Shown in pieces: positions 24,917-35,826 of a DNA stretch of 64,000 bases. A program made the position numbers and the translations under genes. Position 1 is the stretch's first letter, and every line of letters begins with the position of its first letter. This DNA is from Chlorokybus atmophyticus (lineage: Eukaryota; Plantae; Mesostigma and Chlorokybus algae), in assembly GCA_009103225.1 (NCBI GenBank), contig RHPI01000585.1, positions 248,001 through 312,000 on the forward strand. The letters run 5' to 3'. The notes beneath the pieces were generated by a model. That model saw only the letters and a program-made list of their open reading frames with translations. It made no database searches and was not told where the DNA came from.

Positions 24917-27900
24917 GATGCGCACAAAATGCGCGCCCATGAACTCAAAAACTCGTTAGTGAGTTATGAGACTCTTGTGCCCCTAGTGCCTTGGGCACTT
25001 GGGGGCACAAGCACTCACTAGGCGTGAGTTATGAGTCTCAAGCTCCTTATCTAGTCGCTTGAAGCCCTAGCATGGCGGCGCCATCCTTGGCATGGGTGGC
25101 AAGTGTGGTTTGGACGTAGGATAGGCGATCGACCTCCATGACCACCACACGGTCAAAAAGTGCCCGTGACGAAGGAGAGGACGTGGAAGCCACGGCAAAG
25201 GCGGCTAGGCTTGCCGCCAATAGGTTGGCGCGGGCTACAAGTGCGTCGCCACACCTTGAGTGAGGAGGAGGAGAGAAGAGCGGCGCATGAGGAGAAAAGG
25301 GTGCGCCCCCCCGTGCAGGTGGGAGAAGAGGAGGTAAATGAGGAGGGTGATGGTGACAACAAAGAGGATGATGAACCCATTGGTTCCGAGCCTATGCATG
25401 AATGCCCGCAACCAGTGTTGCTCACATGTGCTGTGTGCATCAGCATTGGACGAGGTGTGCACGCAGTTCCACCATATGGAAGTGGCCAACAAGCATAGTT
25501 GCAAAGTGGTGGAGGAGCTCACAAGAGACCCTCTAGCTACGGACGTTGCATAGGCAAAGCGCCTTAAGAAGACATTCAAGGAGGCAGCAGCGGCGCAGCC
25601 CAAGCCCAAGGCAAAGGCGGCCTACACTCCCAAGGGGCGGGGCCAGTACCCCCCCACTACTCTGGATCCTATGCATCTGGTGCGGGGCATACCATGTACA
25701 GGACCGTTCCTATATAGTCTCGAGCCAAATTACGGGGGGGCCAGCGTGATGCCCACACCTGTCACAACTGTGGGGAGATGGGGCACTTGCGTGCCTACTG
25801 CCGTAAGCCCTGAGCAGACAGTGGCGGCCACTTGTTTAATAGCACAGCTTTGTAGCTGTTGTGACAGCCCAGTACCTGTACACTTGCACTCGTCCATGCT
25901 ATGGCCCGGTGGGGCACTTTTTTTTTGTTCGCCACTACTGCATGGGTGAATTAAAACTGCGAGCTTGGTGAATGAAGGTGTTTGATTCGTGATCCAAAAT
26001 TTGCGACATCGCTATTTTGCTTGTAACTTTTGCTGGGGGTCTCAAAACACCCCCATCATGTTATGAACATCACATTAACGCTGAGAGCGTTTTGTTGAGC
26101 AAAATACAACTTAATTTGGACACTGGTTGCACAAGTTGTGGCCATATTACGGTCGACATGCCGTTGAGGCTCTACTAAGCTCCGTTATTGAGGACACTTC
26201 ATGGTCGTGTGCAATAGCCTATACAAGCACAGAGGACCTTGTTCATGACTGGATGAAGCACCATGAGTTTGCTCGAGTCCCTGCCAACCTTACCGTGGAA
26301 GGGCCGTACATGCGTCATCGACTACGTGAGGCCTTGCCATCATCGCGTGAATTTTGTGAGTCTACTATGTTGCTCTCATGGGTGAAGTACGAGTACAAGC
26401 TACCATGGGCGGCTGACCCACCCCCCGAATGGGCATTCACTAAGTATAAGGGTGTGCATGAGTTTGCGGACTTTACTTTACTGCAACTGCCATTGCCAAC
26501 CTAGTGCATAGTGGGGCCACACAAGAGTGTGTGACACCCCCCTTCGTAGTGAGCCCACTTGTGGTCGATGATGGCCGCAAGTTGCGCCTCATCATGGACT
26601 TGCGCTATGTCAACTCCTATATGGTGAACACGCCGTTCAAGTATGAGGGTGTACGCAGCATCTCGGACTTGCTGCAACCTGAGGACTGGTTACTCTCTAC
26701 GGACTTGAAGTCTGGCTACCATCATATGGACATCCACCCCGCCTTTTGGGGCTACTTGGGGTTCTCGTTTGGGGGCAAAGTGTACAACTTTTGCTCGTTG
26801 CCAGTTGGGTTAAGCACGGTGTGCTTCGTGTTCACAAAGGTTATGAAGCAGTTGGTGCGACACTAGCGTGTGCAAGGCATCAGGGTATTGCCATACGTCA
26901 ACCATTTCCTTTTTGCTGCTCGTTCACGGATCACGCATGCTTCTACCCTGGCAGTGGTGCAAGCAGATGCAGCATGGTGCGGGCTAGTGATTAACACCAA
27001 GGCACAGACTATGCTCAGCCGAGTCATCGTCTTCCTGAGCTTTGTGTGGGATACACACGCTGGCACTGTTCGTGTCCTTGGCAAGAAGCGCAATTTGCTT
27101 AGAGACTTGCAACGCGCATTTGGTGCTAAGCACCAAAAGCCAGCGAAATTGCTAGCCTGCATCTGTGGCAAACTGCAATCCATGGTTATGGTGTTGGGCC
27201 CTGCAATTAAACTCATGACTTGGCATACACGCCGCTTGATTGAGACTCGCCACTCATGGAGCTCCCACATGGTGCTACGCAAACCTGAGCTCGCGAAGTT
27301 AATGTGGCTGAGGGACCACTTCGAGGAGCTTAACATGGCACCAATCTGGCCTGCAGCGCGGATATAGTGCAGTTTGTGGATGCTAGTGGCACTGGTTGGG
27401 GACTAGTGCGCTATGGCACAGCTACCCCCGTTGCGAAGGGCACACTTACACTGGATGAGTGCTTGACTTCATCGACATATTGCGAGTTACTCGAACTTGA
27501 CCGTGGCCTACTCACTGTGGAGGAGGAGCTACATGGACGCACAATGCTGTGCTATGGCGACGCCCGTAGTGTGTGCTACATTATGTGCAAAGGAGGCAGT
27601 GAGGCCGGACACTTGCAGCAAGTGGCATACCGTATTCTCGTACATTGCCACCGGCATTGCATCCGCTTGCATTTGGAGTGGTTACCACATGAGCTCAATG
27701 AGGAGGCGGACGCGCTCTCCAAAGCACTGCATTAGAGCGGTTGGACCTTGCAAACCCCATGGGTCCACTTGCTCGCCCATAAGTGGGGCCCCTTTGATGT
27801 AGACCGCTTCGCCACGGATGCCAACACTGTGTGTGTGGCCTTCAACTCGGTGTTGCCATATTCGGGCTCATCCGGCAATGCCTTTTATTGTGACTGGAGT

Positions 27901-28800
27901 GGTTGCAACAACTGGTGCCATCCCCACCACACCGTGTTAGCACTATTCTGCGCCATGCCCGCGAATGCAAGGCTCGCACTTGCCTCATTGTACCCGAGTA
28001 GACAACTTAAACTTGGTGGCCCGTGCTCAGCCCCGGTGGGGTGTGGGCACCATTTGTTACAGATGTTGTGAGCCTACGCAAAGGCCCAGCCTGCTTGTGG
28101 CCTAGCCCTCAAGCCATAGAACTTCAAGGGGGCTTGCCCAATAGTCGCATGAGGGCATTGCGGATTGACTTGCGTCCTGACCACTGACACATGTTATGTG
28201 CAGCTGCTATTAAGCGTAGCCTATAGTCGCTCATGCCCAACGTCCCCAAAGATTATGAGATCGAGCGCCTGCGCACCTTATATAGACCCGGCGGTGTCAG
28301 CGGTGTCATGTGCTACTAGCACTCTGCACGGCCATGAGAGCTACTGGCGCCGCTTTGTGGAGTTCTGCACGCCTCGTAGTTGGGCTTCCCTACCCGCAGA
28401 CCCTAGCACAGTGGCCCTTTTCCTGACCAAGGTGTTGGTGGATTTTGCCACCCCGGCACCTGTGAAACATGCCTCTTCGGCCATACATGCTGCGCGTATG
28501 TGCAGCACATATGATACGATGGCAGGCCAGGCCTCTCCCACTGTGCATGCACTTGTTGCGGTGGTGCGTGAGGCCACTACCAGGCTGCTACCATTGAACA
28601 CGCGGAAGAAAGACGCCTACACACCTGAGCTCCTGCGTGCCATGGTCTCGCACTTTGCGCGCAACGTGTGGGACTTGGTGGCCAGGTTGCAAATGGTGCT
28701 GCTGCGGTTTGTGGGTATAATGCGATGTTCCGATCTGGCGAAAGTCAATGCGCAGGACATTGTCTTTCGCCCAGGCCGCATGGATATAGTCATCCCGCGC

Positions 28801-29178
28801 TATAAAATGTCATAGCTTGTTAAAAGCACATGTATAGGTGGCGCCTACATATAGTTGGTACGATCAGCTTAACCTTGATAGTTACAGGAGTTACGAAAGT
28901 TACAGGAGTAACGGCAGTTATAGTCAACCATGGTCAACTTTGACTTTGAGCGTTGACTTTGACCATAGACTAGTGTTGACTAGTGTTGACTTTGACCAGA
29001 GTTAACTAGAGTTGACTAGTGCTTAGTTGCATAGTACATAAGACATTGTCTATAGCTTAATACAGTGGGTCGCACATTGTCTCTATAATTGGCGTGCTTG
29101 CTGCACTTGTCCTTAGTGTGTGCACACTTGTATGTAAGAGGCAAATACACACACTATGCGCATCAGTAGTTCTCAACA
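28801..29178 (+). mobile_element. Copia family B solo LTR inserted in the DIRS copy 1 tyrosine recombinase
   Basis: TSD CGCGC at 28796-28800 and 29179-29183. Ends TA(TG-derived)...TCTCAACA and is homologous to LTRs at 35334, 48700 and 50382. It splits IIPR|SKTDQ. Confidence 0.93.
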
Positions 29179-30239
29179 CGCGCAGTAAAACCGACCAACA
29201 CGGTGTGGGCGCCAAAATGCATATAGCTGCTGTGGGCGGTGATTTGTGCCCTGTGATGCACACCGCAAGGTTGTTATTCCCCTCGGGATATCGGCACGCG
29301 GGCCCGGGCAAGTTATTGCGCTTCATCATACGAGAGGGGGGAACATGCGTCATACGCGACACCGTGGTGCCATATGGCACCATTCTTGGTTGGGGAAGGC
29401 AGCCATTAAGGCGGCAGAGGAGGACCCCATGTGTTTTGGCACACACTCTGCCCGCTAGTGAGCTGCGACCCAAGCCGTTGAGGTTGGTGTGCCTCAGCAT
29501 CTGTGGCAGCAGTTCGGGCATTGGAAGTCTTTCACTGCACAGAGAGCTATGTGCGCCGCATTACCTGAGTTGCACACACCAACAAGGAGCCTCGGCTTGG
29601 GTAGTATGTGCTCTCGCTGTTTTTATCCTTTTATCGACGCATAGTGACCCCTCAGCATGAGCTGTGTTTTGCATATAACTTGTATGAGAGTTATGTAAGT
29701 TCATAAAGCGCATGAAATGCGCGCCCATGAACTCAAGAACTCGTTAATGAGTTATGAGACTCTTGTGCCCCTAGTGCCTTGAGAACTTGGGGGCACAAGC
29801 ACTCACTAGGCGGGAGTTGTGAGTCTCAAGCTCCTTACCTAATCATTTGAAACCCTAGCACGGCGGCGCCGTCCTGGGCGTGGGTGGCGAGTGTGGTTTA
29901 CTTTGCAGGTGTATAGGCTTCTCGGGCTTCGACCTCTGCATCAGCGGCGATGGCGCCGTCACCAAGTCAAAGACCTGACAAGCGCGTAACTTTTGCAACT
30001 TATGAAATAGTTCCCATAGTTGTAGCCTAGCACCCTAGTGCAGCCTTGTGTGTACTTCAGCTTGTTCATATACACTTGTACATTTGTATTGTAATGCACT
30101 TGGGCGCTCGGCATAGCCACCGTGCTATTGACCCATAGCGACCTTTCAGCTTGAACTGTGTGTCGCATATAACTCGTATGTGAGTTTCCATTGATGCTAG
30201 CGTGTACATTTCCATCTTGTCAGCCTTTGCATTGGACAC

Positions 30240-31050
30240 TTTAATTTTCACATTCATTTGTTGTTTTTGCTCCCAATAGTGCTGTTACCAGTCTTATGAG
30301 TAGTATGCGTGCGCGCCATTTGGCTTCAATGGAGTCGGTGTGCTTAGACAGCATGGGCACTCCATTGTATGCATATGTGCACTGTCTCCTTGTAGGAGAA
30401 GTCCATTTTTTTAAAAATTCAACAGAGGCGGCGTCCCAAGTGCTTTCTTGCCACTTAAAGGGTGCTCTCCCCCCCTGCCGAGGCCACCCAATCCGCATTC
30501 GCCAATGGGAGGACCCATTGGAAACGGAGCTGTGGAACTCCTTCCCCAACTCCTCTCCTTCCTTCCACATGTTCCTTGGCTCTATGCTTGCTGCATACGG
30601 TGTCATGGGCCTGCCCCTCCCCCCCGTGACTTCTCCATTGTGAGCACCCCCGGCTCAAAGGTGCGGTCACGCTTCACCCCCATCCAGGTGTGCCTCCCCC
30701 CTCGCGCATTTGCTTCTTTGTGCACAAGGGCGGGCAGGTTCTGTCTTTAATGGTATATATGGTGGTCTCCCCGTCTATCCGGGTCTGCTGACAATGTGGT
30801 TGCCAAGGCCATAATAGCGCCCGCTGCTCGGCATTTGCCAGACCTCCTGCCAACAACCGCAACAATAACAACAACACCTACTTCAACAACACCAACACTG
30901 GTGGCGCCAGCAACATGTTCGTTTCGAGGGGCGCCCCTCACACTTCGGGTCTTCTTCCCAGCCCGCGCATGAGCTTTTACCTACGGATATGAGCCCCCCC
31001 NGCGCTTGTGAACTCGACCCCTCCCGGGCATGATCTGTCACTTGCAGATA
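30240..31050 (-). mobile_element. L1/Tx1 LINE ORF2 C-terminal fragment
   Basis: VLTMEKSRGGRGRP....ASIEPRNMW resembles the L..PK..GGLG.......L.AKW region of Tx1/L1 ORF2; degenerate. Confidence 0.5.
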
Positions 31051-32156
31051 TGCACTTCCCCCTTGGTCTAATGCAAGTTAATGCGTCACCCCCCGCAGCT
31101 ACTGAGCAAAAGCAGGTGCAGCTCTTGCGAGCAGCTTCTGAGCCGTTCACCCCTTCCGAGCCGATTGCTTCTATCCCGCGCTAGAGCGAGAATGTTGTGG
31201 AGGGCATTGCTGTTGCTCCAGCATTGCCATTATCTCGCCCCTCCTCCCCGCTAGTCGTGGTTCTCTCCTCGCAAGAGGTTCATCCGGCTGGTCCCCTCCT
31301 CCCTTCCTCCCCTCCTCCCCTCGAGTTCCATCTCTCATGCCCAACTCCGACCCTCTTCGTGTGGCGTCGTTCAAGTCCTCTCCGCTCATGGGCTCTGTCT
31401 CCGTTCTCTCCCTCTTTAGCCTCGCTCTACATGAGTATTAAATTTTGTTCGGTCTCCCATAACTCTCGCCACCTATGATGTGCGAGGGCTGAATGCTTCT
31501 TCTTCCTCTCTTTGGGGAAACAAGCGCTCTTCTCTTTTTTTTTAGTGGCACTCGTGTGGGTCATTAGACAACGCCGCTCCCTTTTTTTAGAAACCAAAGC
31601 TTGGTCCCTCTTCTCTTTTACCTCGCCGCTTTTCGCGAGGGGGGTCGGTGTCCAGTCGCTAAAAAGACTCCCGCGGAGGTGTGGCTGTTTTATATTGAAA
31701 TGCTTAGAGCCCCTTCATGGTAGACCATGGTGATCTTCTTTCACATTGCCATTCGGTTGCGGTGGGGGGGAGAAGTCTTGTTGGCGTGCACCTACGCCTC
31801 CAATGCCAGGGCCGAGCGTGCGCAGTTCTTCAATTCTCTCTCGTCGCTGCTTCCTTACTTTAACTGACCAGGTGTGGGTGGTGACAGAAACATGGTTGAA
31901 GAGCCAATGGTAAAACAGGGCTCCCCTAGCAGCCGACCCTCACGGGTCACCCCCGTTTATACGCATGTGTGAGGAGTTGGACATCAAGGACATGCATTGT
32001 ACTCTCAACACGAGCGAGCGTGTCTGCACATGACATAAAGCACAGGCGGGCTCTCTGTGCCGCAGTGGTCGTTACAATAGTTGTTATCCGAGTAATGAAT
32101 TGCGCACTTAAGTGGACGCCAGCTCTGTGCTTATGTCAGAGGTTTTGTCGAAATAC

Positions 32157-33497
32157 TGCTGAAGGTTAAGTATATGAGGTTTGCTAGTATAGCATGCTTA
32201 TGGTACAGTTAGCTTGTTAACATTACCATGTGCGGCGGACACGCCATGGGAGTTATAGTCAGCAGGAGTTATGGGAGTTATCACAATTATGGTCAACTTT
32301 GATTTTGACCATTGACTAGTGTTAACTAGAGTTGAATTTGACTACTTGTTTTAAGTGTTGAGTAGCTTAGTATGCAAGCCACTGTATGTGGCGCATACAA
32401 GTGGGAAGTGCAATACATGTGTCTTAGGCCTTGACATGAACGCTACACTTGGTGTTCCCTTAGTGTCAGCGTATGTATGAGGTAGGGCGCAAACACGCAC
32501 ACTAGTTTTTAACAGGTTATGGGCCCACACATACTTAAAAATGCGTGAAGTTGTGGTTGTTGGTAGGGGAATATGTTGCAAGTTCTGCGTGTAGGGGAGG
32601 GGCGACTGATATCGAAGGCATGGACAATAGTAAGGTTAATATCAAGCCATTAGTTGTGGACAATTGTAATATGTGGAGCATCATGATGGAGTTGTTGCTT
32701 GTAAACAAGGATACGTGGAAGTATGTGGGCCCCATTCAGGAGGTGCCCTTAAGGAAGAAGGAGGAGATGGTGGCAATCGTTTGGTAATGTTGGAAGCTAG
32801 GTGCATCCAGCTTGGTGCCGAGTGCGAGCAGTGCTTGGTGGAGGAGGCATCCTTCATATGTGGGAGCTGGTGTACTCTAGCTTGGAGTGTTGCAGTGCGT
32901 GAAGTACTTGCAGGCGTGCGAGGAGCGTGTGGGAGCCTATTCAGCAGCATGGTGTTTAAGTGTGAAGTGTTAGCATGGATAGGAGAGAAGCAGCTGAGCG
33001 CGAAAAGCGTGGAGGTTACACTTCGCGAGCATGGTATCATACTCGAGGTACACTACATGCAAGCGAGTAGCTTGCAAAGGTGATGAAAAGCATTGGGAGC
33101 GAGCAGCTCGGGGGACCGTGTGTTGAAGGTTAAGCATATAAGGTGTGCTAGTATAGTATGATTATAGTATAGTCAGCTTATTGATGTTATTTAGACCATG
33201 TGCGGCGGTTATGCTATCGGCGTTACAGTTAACAAGAGTTATGGGAGTTATGGGAGTTTGGACAGTTACAATCAACCTTTAACTTTGACCATTGATCAGT
33301 GCTGACTTAAACTAGGATTCATGAGTTCGATTTAGTGTTGACTAGCTTAGTTTATAAGTCACTATATGTGGCACGTACAGGTGGAACTGCAATACATTTC
33401 TCTTTGGTGTTGACATGCTTGTATGTTACACTTGGTGTTCCCCTAGTGTGAGCGCATGTATGAAGTAGGGCACATGCATGCACACCAATTTATAACT
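32157..33497 (+). mobile_element. Internally deleted copia family C mini-element
   Basis: LTRs 32157-32514 (TGCTGAAGG...TTAACA) and 33121-~33497 are quite diverged. PBS GGTTATGGGCCC; gag start MDNSKVNIKPLVVDNCNMW. No TSD found. Confidence 0.8.
32515..32526 (+). promoter_or_regulatory. Primer-binding site, half-tRNA iMet type
   Basis: GGTTATGGGCCC immediately after the LTR end AACA. Confidence 0.85.
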
Positions 33498-35333
33498 CCG
33501 TGTCAGTGCTCCTTCCTCTCCCGCGGCGTTATGGCGTGGTTTAAGGATGGGTTGCAAGCCATGGTAACTGTGTCGAGGCGGCATTACCGGAGGCGAAGAG
33601 ACTTTTAACTCTGCCAGCAACATGCCCTTGGCAATGAGTGTTACCATTTATTCCATGTCAAATGCCTCCCGTGTTGATGCAAATGTGGCTCGTGCTGCTG
33701 CTTAGGTCAATGCTTCCCTGCTGGAGTTGGATGAGAGGGAGGCAGGAAAGAGCAGTGCGTGCCCATCATCGCTGGCGGCTGCAAGGTAAACATATGACTA
33801 GGTACTTCTTCTCACGCGGCAGGCCCCTCGCATTGCCAACTCGAAGCATACTCTCTCACAACCCTTGCACCCCTACTCTCCTCAGATCGTCACGCAGTCC
33901 TCCATTATCACCGCATGTAAGTAATTTTATCTCTTCTCCTCCTCTCCCGCCCCTGCCGAGGAGAAGGCGGCCACCATGGCAAAGTGCTGGTCATGGATGA
34001 GGCGGGGACACCCGAGCAATCTTTAATCCCTTTACCCCGCTCTGTTTGCATGACCTAATGGCCTTGCGCTCCGCTATGGATCCACACAAGTGCCCATGGA
34101 TGGCCTCATTGCGGCAAATGGGCGAAATTTTTGCCTGTCCTGGGCGAGCTTTATCAGTACTATCCGCATGTCGAGGCCTCGGGCAGGTTAGGCCGCACAT
34201 AAAGGGATTGTGTGAGTGCTTTACTTTATAGAAAGGGCGCGCTTGGAGACCTTCAAAATTGGCGCCGTATCACTCTTCTTCCTCTCCACTATGAGAAGGT
34301 GCTAGCAGCTCGCCTCTACCTATAGTCATCAGCCCAATGCTATCGGGCTTCGTCCGCCACAGTATTTCTAAAAATGTTCTAACTGCCCTTAATTTGCTTT
34401 GACCTCGTATACAAGACGCGCAAGCGGCACGCACTGCTGATGCTTAACTTCAAAAAGGCCTGGAATTGCTTCAATTGGGACTATTGGGAGGGTGCACTCA
34501 AGTCTCGGGGGTATGGTAGGCCTTTTCGGGCTTGTGTGTGCACACTCAATGGGGGGCAACCCGTCGTGTTTTGATCAATGGTTGCTTGTTGGAGGAGTTT
34601 GAGCTCCAACGCAATGACCGTCAGGGTCTGCCCTCTCGCCCCATCCCTCTTTGTTAGTACAGTAATGGTGTTAGGGGCTCTTCTCTCGCACATTCCATTT
34701 TTAAAAAGGGTTCCTTTCCTATGCCTTCTTGCCACCTTGCTCCCCATCCCGCTTCTGACTGGGAGGACATGCGTCACTTGTACGTAGGGCTGTGCATGCC
34801 GAATTTTACAATACTGACACAAAAGTCGCATACCTTGTCATGGTCGCTCCATTGTGGCTTACCAAAAACGAAGCGCCACACTTTGCGCTTGTTATTTGCG
34901 CACTTCCACACTTGCATGCCAAATACACACCATGTTGTTGGTCAAATTAAGCAAAGGTGTGCACACGCTCGCATGCACGCCATCATGTAGACCACAACAA
35001 TGTGCATGGCAGAGCAGGGTGGGCTGTCACACTATACCACGTGTAAACGACAAATGAGCTCGCGTACGCACATAACAAGCTAACAATGTAGCTGGTAGAT
35101 AATAAGAGATAATTCCATGATTACAGCAGTATTCACCACCACGGGCCACTTGCAGCGCAAAAAGCGGTTAGAGACAAAATCAATGCCAAATGACATACAT
35201 GCGCGTGCATGGCACACGTGCATCGGAGCTGGCATCATGTACGTGGCGCAGCAATGAGGCATTTGGTGTGCACAAACTGGACAGTGCAGGACACGGGAAC
35301 AAGCGTTATACATGGATGATAAATATGCGCACA

Positions 35334-35704
35334 TGTTAAATGTCATAGCTTGTTAAAAGTACATGTATAGGCGCCTACATGTAGTTGGTACGATCAGCTT
35401 AACCTTGATAATTACGGGAGTTACGAGAGTTATGAGAATTACGGCAATTATGGTCAACCATTATCAACTTGGACCGTTGACTTGAACCATTAACTAGTGT
35501 TGACTATTGTTGACTCTGACCAAAGTTGACTTGAGTTGACTAGTGCTTGGTAGCATAGTATATAAGACACTGTATCCTGCTTAATGCAGTGGGTCGCACA
35601 TTGTCTCTTTAGTTGGCGTGCTTGCTGCACTTGTCTTTAGTGTGTGCACACTTGTATGTAAGAGGCCAATACACACACACTAGGCGCATTACTAGTTCTC
35701 AACA
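35334..35704 (+). mobile_element. Copia family B solo LTR
   Basis: TGTTAAATGTCA...TCTCAACA; flanks GCACA/ACACA (TSD with one mismatch). Confidence 0.9.
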
Positions 35705-35826
35705 ACACACACAAAACTATTGCACAATATGCGCGTATTGTGCAATAGTCCTGCACACAGTCACTCATGTGTAGACAGCTGCGCCCACCAGGGACAATAA
35801 CTCATGGCATACAAGCAATGGTCCTG

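Larger units (their letters stand above)
24763..30186 (+). mobile_element. DIRS/PAT-like tyrosine-recombinase retrotransposon, copy 1 (split direct repeats A...B-A-C-B)
   Basis: A1 ~24763-25110; gag with CCHC (CHNCGEMGHLRAYC); RT KLRLIMDLRYVN/STDLKSGYHH/VLPYVNHF; RH FVDASGTGWG..STYCELL; MT WGPFDVDRFA..FNS; YR MRCSDL/KTDQ/GTHSAR/GHW; B1 ~29630-29700, A2 ~29700-29900, B2 ~30125-30186. Confidence 0.93.
31468..34760 (+). mobile_element. L1/Tx1 LINE (APE endonuclease + RT), degenerate and interrupted by a copia mini-element
   Basis: APE ATYDVRGLN and LLACTYASNARAERAQFFNSL; RT KCP/DGL, LLYRKGALGDLQNWRRITLL, LMLNFKKAWNCFNWD and RQG.CPLAPSLF. Confidence 0.85.
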
